Assembly: GCA_934432675.1 (NCBI GenBank) | Contig: CAKRYT010000001.1 | Span: 112,874-176,873 of the forward strand | DNA length: 64,000 nucleotides | Direction: 5' to 3' | Origin: an uncultured Eubacteriales bacterium | GTDB lineage: Bacteria; Bacillota; Clostridia; Oscillospirales; CAG-272 | Part shown: piece after piece, positions 19,269 through 27,053 of the stretch | Layout of the letters: each line of letters opens with the position of its first letter | Position numbering within the stretch: the stretch's first letter is position 1 | The notes under the pieces: generated by a model | Told to the model about the DNA's origin: nothing | What the model saw: the letters and a program-made list of their open reading frames with translations, nothing else | Databases searched by the model: none | Program-made: the position numbers and the translations under genes

Positions 19269-19313
19269 CCGGACGGTCGGCGCACGTCGTGCTGGTCCGA
19301 TCTCCTCATTAGC

Positions 19314-19344
19314 ACAAAGCGGCTCGGTTTACGAGCCGCTTTGT
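19314..19344. terminator. Bidirectional terminator shared by the U32 gene (+) and the NACHT gene (-)
   Basis: Stem acaaagcggctcg / cgagccgctttgt with loop gttta. The hairpin contains the TAA stop of the minus-strand gene (19329-19331). Confidence 0.7.
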
Positions 19345-21938
19345 TGTATTCCGGATAAAGCGAGAAGTCCTTTGTCAACCGGTCGATGGGCGTCAATGGA
19401 GGCGCGCAAGGCCCGGTAGGTTTCACGCAGGTGCCGTTCAAAGGCAACTGCCCCCTTGGCGGTCAGTTTCCCGTGAGAGATGAGATATTGCAGGTAGGTT
19501 TGAGTGGAGGTGCCGTTTCCGACAGGTGCGTAGAGCGTTCGTTGGACGAGTTCATCCTCGGAGACGGATCCGTAGGTTTCGAGTATGGGGGGCGGCACAG
19601 ATCCACGATCCTCAATGAAAGAGCGGATGACGGTCATATCAATGGGACGGATGAACTTCTGGCGGTTTTCAGAACTGTTGAAATGCTCACGGAAACGGTC
19701 AGCGGTACGGTTCCACTCGCATCGATCACGGTCAGAGTAGCCGTAGGTTTCTTTCACGTCCTGGTGGTAGACCAGATAAACACCGCGGTTCAAAAGGTCA
19801 AAATCGGGGATGGACGTCATCAAACGGAAGTACCGTTGTTCGGCTGTATAGTCTTCGAGCTGGGAAAGCCAGTTGAGGATGGCGATGCTTTCCAGATAGG
19901 CCTTGCGGCGCAGATGATGCCGGAGCCGTTTCTGCATAAAGGAGCAAAGGTGGCGGAGCAGCTCCGGTTCCGTCATGACGAGACGCGGCATCATATAGAG
20001 AATCACGAGTTTCTGGCTGTGGTCGGTTGTCCTGGCGTAATGCAGTTTCAGATTGTCGAGCAGTATCTTGCGCTTTTCATACGGTTCGATGGCAATCAGG
20101 TCCGCGATCATACGGTTGGCTTCGGAGGAAAGCATGCTCGGGTTTTTGTAAAGTTCGCCCGTGCTTTCCGGGGCGGACATCAAAGCGATGGCTTCCTCTG
20201 CCAAAAAATACTCTTCAAATTGCAGATGAATCGGGGTGGCCCGGTAGTTGGAAACCGAATAAAACAGCGGAATGACGGAGAAGCCGCGCGGAAGTTTTGC
20301 TTCCTCTTCCAGCCTGTGTTGTACGGTGGGGATGTCTGCCGGGTGCCTGCCGCCGAGATGCAGTTGCCAGGCAAAGGTGCAGAGCAGGCGGCGTGCGGCG
20401 GCGATATTTTCATCGGGATCGATTCCGCGCTTGCGCAACTCCTGCCGGCACATGGAATCAACCGTGGAGCGAAGCAGAAGTCCGGCGGAAAAGCGGGAGA
20501 AACGATCTGTGAAAGCGGTGATGCCCTCATTCCGGATGTTCCACAGTGCCAGTTTCACAATGAGCGGTGCGAGTGGCGGTATGGGAGAGGAATCTGCGGT
20601 GAGAGGAGTGCTGTCATGACTCGTCCGATCCGTTTTTCCAATCGTAGAGTCTGCACTGACAAACCGCCTGATGGCGGTACATGCCAGGCCGGCCTCCGCC
20701 GGGGCGGTGTGTGCACAGACAAAGCGACGTATCTGTTCCCAGTCCCAGCCGAGTAAGCAGTACCGGTATCCAAAAGCGGAGATCAGACCGTACAGTTCCA
20801 GCACCTTGACGACAGAACGTCTGGTTGTGAGGAGAATACTGTGTGCATGCCGCACGGAGAGAATTTCATGTACCAGTGTGTCTGTTTGCGTAGCGGACAT
20901 GCCGATGCAGGCCTCGTCCAGTGCATCCAGATAATAATCAAAGCGGAGCCCGTTCGTATTGAGGAACGAAGGGTAAGTCATGCCATTCGGCAAAAGTTCG
21001 TCCCAGAGATCGTGCAGCAAATTTTCGGAGAGAGCATAGTCCGCTCCCCGACCGGAGAGAGAAAAGAGAATCGGTATGGGGGCGGTACTGCCGCCGTCCG
21101 GATCGGCCGTGCGGGCGTGAAGTGCCGCCAGGTAAGCTTTTTTCAGGGCGGTACTTTTCCCGCTCCCGGCATCTCCCTCGATGAGTACACGGGCGCCTTC
21201 TCCGGCGCGCATATGCGAGACTACGGCAGAGACAAGGTCTCCGGTATACTCTTCCGACTTTGCGGCGGTGTAGGTGACACCGATGCCGTCGTTGTCCGCA
21301 CCGAGTGAAAAAATGTCGGAAGTAAGGCATTCGGAGACGTAACGTGACTGTGCACGCACGAGATATTCTTCGATAAAATAGCGGCTGAGACCACGGAGAC
21401 GGTCGAGGGCGATCCCGGCGATCTCTTCCGGAGCACCGTCTTTGTAGGGAAAGAAAATGGTGCTTTTGCGATCGTTGTCCGCCGCATCCGCGATGTCAAG
21501 CACCCAGGAAAAGAGCTTTGCCGGATTGTCATAGATGTCGGAGCAGTCGGCGAGAAAACGCTCGCGCGCCTTTTCGTCAAGATTCCGGTATGTGAAAGCG
21601 TCCTTTTTGACGCGCTCGCTGACGAGGGTAATCACCGGGATCCGGACACTTTTTGCATGCCGATATTCGTCTTCTGTATAGGAGCAGCCGATTTCCGGCA
21701 CCATCGTCCCGTAGATCGAGTTGATGAGCAGGATTACGCATTGACAACCGTCGAGGGTCCTCAGACAGTTTTCGCGCACGTTCGCGTCATATGCAACCGG
21801 AAAATCCGCGCGGGAGTAAAGGACGGGTGTGACCCCCCAACTGCGGTCCATTTCGCACGCGAGGTGGTTGCGTGCGAGCGCGTCTTCCGTGGTCCCGTGA
21901 GAAGAAGAGATAAAAATGCGCCACTTGGTCGTGCTCAT
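19329..21938 (-). CDS. STAND NTPase: N-terminal DUF4062/TIR-like domain, NACHT P-loop module and a helical C-terminal region
   Basis: aa 6-106 carry RIFISSSHG.., CQCVILLINSIYG and SYTEDEYRHA..IPVITLV (DUF4062-like pattern). The NACHT module shows Walker A GDAGSGKST (nt 21150-21176), Walker B YYLDALDE (nt 20913-20936), ILLTTR, and the NACHT winged-helix signature IHLQFEEYFLAEEA. SD AAGGAG lies 10 nt upstream of the ATG. Confidence 0.8.
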   Translation of the reverse strand: MSTTKWRIFISSSHGTTEDALARNHLACEMDRSWGVTPVLYSRADFPVAYDANVRENCLRTLDGCQCVILLINSIYGTMVPEIGCSYTEDEYRHAKSVRIPVITLVSERVKKDAFTYRNLDEKARERFLADCSDIYDNPAKLFSWVLDIADAADNDRKSTIFFPYKDGAPEEIAGIALDRLRGLSRYFIEEYLVRAQSRYVSECLTSDIFSLGADNDGIGVTYTAAKSEEYTGDLVSAVVSHMRAGEGARVLIEGDAGSGKSTALKKAYLAALHARTADPDGGSTAPIPILFSLSGRGADYALSENLLHDLWDELLPNGMTYPSFLNTNGLRFDYYLDALDEACIGMSATQTDTLVHEILSVRHAHSILLTTRRSVVKVLELYGLISAFGYRYCLLGWDWEQIRRFVCAHTAPAEAGLACTAIRRFVSADSTIGKTDRTSHDSTPLTADSSPIPPLAPLIVKLALWNIRNEGITAFTDRFSRFSAGLLLRSTVDSMCRQELRKRGIDPDENIAAARRLLCTFAWQLHLGGRHPADIPTVQHRLEEEAKLPRGFSVIPLFYSVSNYRATPIHLQFEEYFLAEEAIALMSAPESTGELYKNPSMLSSEANRMIADLIAIEPYEKRKILLDNLKLHYARTTDHSQKLVILYMMPRLVMTEPELLRHLCSFMQKRLRHHLRRKAYLESIAILNWLSQLEDYTAEQRYFRLMTSIPDFDLLNRGVYLVYHQDVKETYGYSDRDRCEWNRTADRFREHFNSSENRQKFIRPIDMTVIRSFIEDRGSVPPPILETYGSVSEDELVQRTLYAPVGNGTSTQTYLQYLISHGKLTAKGAVAFERHLRETYRALRASIDAHRPVDKGLLALSGIQQSGS

Positions 21939-21959
21939 AGCCTGTCCGCTCCTTTGCTG

Positions 21960-22643
21960 TCAGTTTGGTTGATCGAGGACGGATTCCCAGCGGATGGGGG
22001 TCATGCCGTTTTCAATCAGAAAGTGATTGCATTTGGAAAAGTGTCTGCAACCGAAAAATCCGTTGTAAGCAGAGAGCGGTGATGGGTGTACCGTTTCCAG
22101 GATGAGATGCCGTGGGTTGGTGATCAAACTTTTTTTGGAACGGGCATTCCCACCCCAGAGCAAAAAGACGATGGGGTGATCGGCGTCGTTCAGTGACCGT
22201 ATGACGGCGTCGGTAAAAGTCTCCCAGCCGTGCCCCTTGTGGCTTTGCGGTGCACCGGCGCGGACGGTGAGGGTCGTGTTCAGGAGCAGGACGCCCTGGT
22301 CTGCCCAACTTTGGAGATAGCCGCCCTTCGGCTTCGGCATGCCGATATCGTCGGCGAGTTCACGGTAGATGTTGCAGAGCGACGGCGGCGGCTCCACCCC
22401 CGGCTGCACGGAGAAACACAGACCGTGCGCCTGCCCGGGGCCGTGGTAGGGGTCCTGACCGAGGATGACGGCTTTCACCTTGGCGTACGGCGTACTTTTC
22501 AGGGCATTGAAAATGTGATACATATCGGGGTAGATGCGCCTCGTCGCGTATTCTTCTTTCAGAAAGGCGCGCAGGGCGAGGTAGTATTCCTTTTGGAACT
22601 CTCCCCCGATGACTCCGTCCCAGTCGTTACCGATTTTCGGCAT
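21960..22643 (-). CDS. ung: Uracil-DNA glycosylase (family 1)
   Basis: Motifs GQDPYHGPGQAHGLCFSV and HPSPLSA. Confidence 0.96.
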   Translation of the reverse strand: MPKIGNDWDGVIGGEFQKEYYLALRAFLKEEYATRRIYPDMYHIFNALKSTPYAKVKAVILGQDPYHGPGQAHGLCFSVQPGVEPPPSLCNIYRELADDIGMPKPKGGYLQSWADQGVLLLNTTLTVRAGAPQSHKGHGWETFTDAVIRSLNDADHPIVFLLWGGNARSKKSLITNPRHLILETVHPSPLSAYNGFFGCRHFSKCNHFLIENGMTPIRWESVLDQPN

Positions 22644-22700
22644 AAAAATCCCCTCTCCGGCTTTTTTCTCATTGTAGCACAGAGAGGGGGAAAAAACAAG

Positions 22701-23630
22701 TCAGCAGAAAACGCTTTCGATGACGCGCTCGCAACAGGAGGGGGAGTATCGCCAGGTATCCATGTGGGTATGTTCTTTTGTGTCGGTAAAGTAACGCATC
22801 GGGGTGACGGTACCGCCGGCGGCGGAATCAATAATGATTAACTTGATCTTCATCTTTTCCGGCAGGATGCTCTTGATGTAAACGGCGGCAATCTGGTTGA
22901 CCTCGACTCCTTCCTTCAACTCGGCGAGCCCCGCGAGATTCGGTGTCAGTTCCACGAAGATGCCGTACGGCTCAATGGAGCGCACGATACCCGCCACGGT
23001 CTGCCCGGGGGTGAAGAGTGCGGCATTTTCCTCCCAGTTGCCGAGCAATTCCCGGTGCGAGACGTAAATGCGTCCTTCTTCGTCAATCGTTTTCACGACG
23101 GTAAAGATGCGGTCCCCGGGGGAGAAACGGACACGCGGATGGGAAATACGCGAGACCGATATGCTGTCGATCGAGAGCAGGGAAACGAGCCCGCACCCGA
23201 TGTCCACGAATGCCCCGAAGTTTTCGAGATGCGTGACGGCGGCGGGGATGATGTCCCCGGGGATGAGTGTGGAGACGTAGTGCTCCATACAGTCTTTTTG
23301 AGCCTCGCGCCGCGAGAGCACCGCAGAGACGCCGTCCGCGTCCCGCTCAAATCCGATGATCTTGAAGCAGACGGGTTTGCCTACGCGGGTGAGTACGGCA
23401 ATGTCCTTAACCGTTTCTCCCGGGCGACAATAGACGACCTCCTCCCGTGGCATCTTACCGGGGATGCCGCCGAGATCAAAATGCAGACAAAAATTGCTGT
23501 CGCAGAGCAGTGCGACGGATTCCAGGATCTTTCCGCGCTCCATGGCCTTTTCGAGCCCGGCGCGCCCTTGGAGATACTCCGTGTTTTCTGCCCCCGAGAG
23601 CAGAGATCCTTCCGGTTGATACGGATACAT
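22701..23630 (-). CDS. S1 RNA-binding domain-containing protein
   Basis: Two to three S1/OB motifs (GDIIPAAVTHLENFGAFVDIG, GQTVAGIVRSIEPYGIFVEL). I chose the start at ATG 23630 (SD aagagg), because the longer ORF-track start would overlap the thioesterase gene. Confidence 0.8.
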   Translation of the reverse strand: MYPYQPEGSLLSGAENTEYLQGRAGLEKAMERGKILESVALLCDSNFCLHFDLGGIPGKMPREEVVYCRPGETVKDIAVLTRVGKPVCFKIIGFERDADGVSAVLSRREAQKDCMEHYVSTLIPGDIIPAAVTHLENFGAFVDIGCGLVSLLSIDSISVSRISHPRVRFSPGDRIFTVVKTIDEEGRIYVSHRELLGNWEENAALFTPGQTVAGIVRSIEPYGIFVELTPNLAGLAELKEGVEVNQIAAVYIKSILPEKMKIKLIIIDSAAGGTVTPMRYFTDTKEHTHMDTWRYSPSCCERVIESVFC

Positions 23631-23778
23631 AACATACACCTCTTTTTCGTAGTCTTTTGTTTGTGATACAATACCAAGATATGAGAGAGGTTGTCCTGTC
23701 ATGACCCGTTCGACAAAACTAGAAGAAACATAAGAAAAAACACCCGTTTGCGACCGGGTGTTTTCTGGCTTGCGACGG

Positions 23779-24495
23779 TTACAGATCCGCCTGGGTGAGG
23801 GACGCCTCGGCATTGATCTCGCCGTCCGCGCGGATTGTGCGAAAACCGAATGAGCCGTCGGGGAGCACCGTGCGGTAAACCGTCAGGGTCTCTCCGATGG
23901 GGGCGTCTTTTTGGAAACGGATGGAGAAGTGGGGAATCCACTTTCCCTTCATGTCGAGAAATCCCGTGAAGAGGTCGGGATAGAAGGTGTTGTTGAGGTG
24001 CAGGTTGCGGTCGGTCTGTCCGTAGGTGACGGTATAGGTGCCGACAGGCTCCATCATATCCGTGTGGGGGAGAGGAAACCGTTTCATCCGGTAGGCGGGC
24101 AGGGGCATCGGTACAAAGCGGGAGGGATAGTCTTCAAACCGTTGCAGGGCCTTGGTCGCGATGTCGACGAGCCCGAATTGACCGAGCCCCTCGGCAATCA
24201 GCTCCCCCTCGCCGCGTAGTGCATAATAACGGGGAAAAAGAAAACCGCGCCCGGTGCAACCGCAGCTCTCGCTCTCCAAGACTTCGTAGGTGCGGATGGG
24301 GCGTCGCAGGGTGACATCGATCGCCGTGAGCACGAAGGCTTTGCCCTGTGCCCGCATTTCCTCATTGGAGGGTCCCTCGCCGTGCAGTTGTCCGTTGGCG
24401 GCGATTTGCAGGTAGCGCAGGAGTGCGGACGGGCGTATGATCCCGTTCAGATCCTCATCGTGGATATCTGTGACGATATGGCTGACCCAACTCAT
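23779..24495 (-). CDS. Acyl-ACP thioesterase
   Basis: Double hot-dog size (238 aa), and an N-terminal D...DLN..I.PSALLRYLQ pattern typical of FatA/B-like bacterial thioesterases. Confidence 0.7.
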   Translation of the reverse strand: MSWVSHIVTDIHDEDLNGIIRPSALLRYLQIAANGQLHGEGPSNEEMRAQGKAFVLTAIDVTLRRPIRTYEVLESESCGCTGRGFLFPRYYALRGEGELIAEGLGQFGLVDIATKALQRFEDYPSRFVPMPLPAYRMKRFPLPHTDMMEPVGTYTVTYGQTDRNLHLNNTFYPDLFTGFLDMKGKWIPHFSIRFQKDAPIGETLTVYRTVLPDGSFGFRTIRADGEINAEASLTQADL

Positions 24496-24580
24496 ATGAT
24501 ACTCCGATTCTTTTGCATGAATGATATGAGTATAGTCTTTCTCACAGGAAAAGTCAAGGCGTGCGGCGCGTGGATGCCGC

Positions 24581-24988
24581 TTAAATATTCGGTTTGATGC
24601 TGCGGGGCACTGTCGGCGACGGAGGAGGGGCGACGGTATGGGGGGTCAGCCCGAAACTGACAGAGATGGCACTGTCCACCTTTTGCATCAGGGCATCGGG
24701 GAGATGCCCCATCTTTTCACGCAGGCGTTGCTTATCCAGGGTACGGATCTGTTCCAGAAGAATGACGGAATCCCGTGTCAATCCCACGTCCGACGCGAAA
24801 ATGTCAATATGTGTCGGCAGCTTGGCTTTCCCCATTTTGCTTGTAATGGCAGCGGCAATGACCGTCGGACTGTAACGGTTTCCGACGTCATTCTGCACGA
24901 TCAGTACCGGGCGCAGACCGCCTTGCTCGCTCCCTACGACCGGGGATAGGTCCGCATAATAGATATCACCGCGTTTTATGTTCATCAT
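24581..24988 (-). CDS. mazF: Type II toxin, MazF/EndoA (PemK) family endoribonuclease
   Basis: Near-colinear with B. subtilis EndoA: [42 protein letters not shown]...KAKLPTH....[16 protein letters not shown]. There is an extra Pro-rich C-terminal tail of about 18 aa. The start is ambiguous (24985, 24988 or 25009). Confidence 0.9.
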   Translation of the reverse strand: MMNIKRGDIYYADLSPVVGSEQGGLRPVLIVQNDVGNRYSPTVIAAAITSKMGKAKLPTHIDIFASDVGLTRDSVILLEQIRTLDKQRLREKMGHLPDALMQKVDSAISVSFGLTPHTVAPPPSPTVPRSIKPNI

Positions 24989-25125
24989 GACGCTTTGCGC
25001 GTAACGCATTCCTTTCTGTGACTCGGCATCCCGTGCATTCAGTCTCCCCGCCGGGCGGCACTTTTAATCACCGATTTCAGAAATCTCTCATTGTTAGGGT
25101 ATTTTGAGAACTGTCATCGTGTGAA

Positions 25126-25165
25126 AAGACCGCCCCCGGATGGTCTCCCACCGGAAAACGGTCTT
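25126..25165 (-). terminator. Possible terminator after the DUF378 gene
   Basis: Outer stem aagaccg / cggtctt encloses an inner ccgg...ccgg hairpin, followed on the minus strand by ttttcac. The loop is long, so this call is tentative. Confidence 0.4.
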
Positions 25166-25169
25166 TCTT

Positions 25170-25385
25170 TTATTCGGCGTCGGTCATCGCCTCTTCACGA
25201 GGACGGAAGAGCAGAGAAATGCACCAGATCCCCGCGAGTGCCACAATCGTGTAGATGATCCGTGCCACGACCGAGCCCTGCCCGCCGCAGATCCATGCGA
25301 CGATATCGAAAGAAAAGAGTCCGATGCTCCCCCAGTTCAGGGCGCCGATGATCGTCAGAATCAAAGCAATTCTGTCAAGAATCAT
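25170..25385 (-). CDS. DUF378 domain-containing small membrane protein
   Basis: Sequence MILDRIALILTIIGALNWGSIGLFSFDIVAWICGG, with two TM helices. Confidence 0.8.
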   Translation of the reverse strand: MILDRIALILTIIGALNWGSIGLFSFDIVAWICGGQGSVVARIIYTIVALAGIWCISLLFRPREEAMTDAE

Positions 25386-25469
25386 GAGAAAATCCCCCTA
25401 ATGTGAAATACGAAACGATGTTCGTCGGGGGTAGTATGCGTGTGCCGCGTCGGCATTATACATCATACT

Positions 25470-26168
25470 TCATGGTTTTTCCTGTCCTGTAATCTCTCCT
25501 CGTAAGGCTTCCAGTGCCTTTTTCTCGATACGGGAAACGTAGGAGCGGGAGATTCCGAGGTGTTTCGCGACCTCGCGCTGAGTCTTCGGCGGAATCCCCG
25601 AGAGCCCGTAACGCAGACAGATGATCTCCCGCTCCCGGTCGTCCAGTGCGCGAAACAGCAACCGGCGCACTTTTTCATTCGTCATTTTCTTGTCAAGTTC
25701 TTCGGGAATATCACAATCGTCGGAAATAATATCTATATAGGTCAGCGGGTTTCCGTCCCGGTCGACGTCGATGGTTTCCGAGAGGGAAACTTCCAGGCTT
25801 TGTTTTTTTTGAGAGCGAAAATACATGAGGATCTCGTTCTGAATACATTTTGCCCCGTAGGTAGCGAATCTTGCACCGTTTCCCGAACGGAAAGAGTCTA
25901 TGGCTTTGATTAAACCGATGGAGCCGATGGAAATGAGCTCATCCGGATTTGGGGCATTGGTATAATACTTCCGGACGATATGTGACACAAGCCGCAGGTT
26001 GTGCTCGATAAGGGTGGCGCGTGCGCTCTCATTGTGCTCTTCCTCAACTTTCCGGAACAATTCGGTTTCCTCCTCCCGCCCGAGGGGCGGCGGAAAATTT
26101 TGCCCGGTCGAAATGCCGAGGACAATCGACGCGAAAAAGTGTATGATGCGCTCGAATAATGCAAGCAT
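25470..26168 (-). CDS. sigK: Sporulation sigma factor SigK (pro-sigma-K), uninterrupted
   Basis: The pro-sequence ends in ..NFPPPL. LIEHNLRLVSHIVRKY and ISRSYVSRIEKKAL match SigK rather than SigE (which has ISQSYISRLEKR). The start at 26168 has SD GGAGG 5 nt upstream. Confidence 0.85.
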   Translation of the reverse strand: MLALFERIIHFFASIVLGISTGQNFPPPLGREEETELFRKVEEEHNESARATLIEHNLRLVSHIVRKYYTNAPNPDELISIGSIGLIKAIDSFRSGNGARFATYGAKCIQNEILMYFRSQKKQSLEVSLSETIDVDRDGNPLTYIDIISDDCDIPEELDKKMTNEKVRRLLFRALDDREREIICLRYGLSGIPPKTQREVAKHLGISRSYVSRIEKKALEALRGEITGQEKP

Positions 26169-26225
26169 GGCAACCTCCAAAAAAGAATCCGCATACGACA
26201 TAACGTATGCGGATGCAAGCTTGTA

Positions 26226-26903
26226 TTAATACGCACCGGGCATAAGTTCTTCGCCCGTGAGCAGACGGTAACCTCCTCCGTCCGATAAAATGATGTGGTG
26301 CCCAAGTGCCTCCTGCGCTTTTAGGTTAATCCGGTATATATGACTGGCAATATTGCCGAGCGTCGGGCAGGTGCCCGGTTTGGTGCAGTACCGTTGTAAC
26401 TCTTTGGCGGAGACCGGATGATAGGCCGCCACGATCAGATGGCGGAAGATGTTGCGCTCAATCGGCGTCATGTGGATGGGGATACCGTTGTAGGCGGGGG
26501 CGTCATCGAGCAGATGGTCCCGTGCGGCACCGAGTTGAAACAAGGCAACGTCTCTCTTGTGGTATCGCGAGAGGGAAAGCAGGATTTCATCGGTGAGTCT
26601 GGCACTCGGTACATTGATGTCGATGAGCACGTCTGCCTGCCCGAGGATTGGCACATCGTCCCTGAGAGTCTGCTTGAACATAACAATCGGCAGATTCGGA
26701 TTACGCTTGCGGAGTGCAAATACCAGATTATCCGGTATGGTACTGTCGTAAGGGTTTGTCAGGATCAAGGCACAGACCGTGTCATCAAAAATGACGGTCA
26801 TAAGGTCGGAGTAGGGGAGTGTAATTGTCATCATTCCGGCGGCGTAAAGCTGGCGGCGGGCACGAAGCAGTGCCTCCTCGTCGGAATCGGAAAGAATCAA
26901 CAT
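26226..26903 (-). CDS. OmpR/PhoB-type winged-helix regulator with a degenerate (Asp-less) receiver-like N-domain
   Basis: The C-terminus is wHTH-like (IHMTPIERNIFRHLI....VSAKEL.......NIASHIYRINLK......I.....GGYRL). The N-terminus reads MLILSDSDEE...ALILTNPYD where receivers have DD...D. Confidence 0.7.
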   Translation of the reverse strand: MLILSDSDEEALLRARRQLYAAGMMTITLPYSDLMTVIFDDTVCALILTNPYDSTIPDNLVFALRKRNPNLPIVMFKQTLRDDVPILGQADVLIDINVPSARLTDEILLSLSRYHKRDVALFQLGAARDHLLDDAPAYNGIPIHMTPIERNIFRHLIVAAYHPVSAKELQRYCTKPGTCPTLGNIASHIYRINLKAQEALGHHIILSDGGGYRLLTGEELMPGAY

Positions 26904-26942
26904 GGCGTTTCCTTTTCCTTCTTTTTTTACAATTTACCGCAC

Positions 26943-26971
26943 ATTATAGCACAATTTATTCACATTTGCAA
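26943..26971 (-). promoter_or_regulatory. Sigma-A promoter for the receiver-like wHTH gene
   Basis: The minus strand reads TTGCAA, a 17-nt spacer, then TATAAT, with an upstream TGc (extended -10). Confidence 0.6.
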
Positions 26972-26996
26972 TGGGGAAACGGTATTCTTTTTTCGC

Positions 26997-27025
26997 TTGA
27001 CATCAAATCACACGAACACTATAAT
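26997..27025 (+). promoter_or_regulatory. Perfect-consensus sigma-A promoter for the SDR gene
   Basis: TTGACA, a 17-nt spacer, then TATAAT, 28 nt upstream of the ATG at 27054. Confidence 0.7.
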
Positions 27026-27053
27026 AATAGGAGAAGCGGAAAGGGTGACGAAT

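Noticed and set aside
19269-21959. Mobile-element borders (direct or inverted repeats, att-like sites) around the NACHT gene
   Set aside because: Reading both flanks, I found no repeated sequence of 8 nt or more, and no integrase, transposase or tRNA nearby. The insertion mechanism is therefore unknown and no mobile-element feature is called.
23631-23813. Longer start for the S1-domain ORF (22701-23813)
   Set aside because: It would overlap the 3' end of the acyl-ACP thioesterase gene by 35 nt, and the extension is Arg/Pro-rich. The ATG at 23630 has a good SD.
24985-25038. 17-aa ORF ([17 protein letters not shown]) with a GGGGAG SD and a TGA overlapping the mazF start, considered as a mini-antitoxin
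   Set aside because: It is far shorter than any MazE/EndoAI-type antitoxin, has no DNA-binding fold potential, and could easily arise by chance. It is mentioned only as something to test.
25470-26201. Possible skin-like intervening element or split sigK
   Set aside because: The sigK ORF is continuous from the pro-sequence to region 4.2 (ISRSYVSRIEKKAL). No recombinase or insertion is present.
26418-27053. N-terminal 212-aa extension of the SDR ORF
   Set aside because: The extension runs antisense through the receiver-like regulator gene and across a divergent promoter region. The canonical SDR N-terminus (MAHILVTGGSRGIG) begins at 27054, downstream of a perfect promoter.
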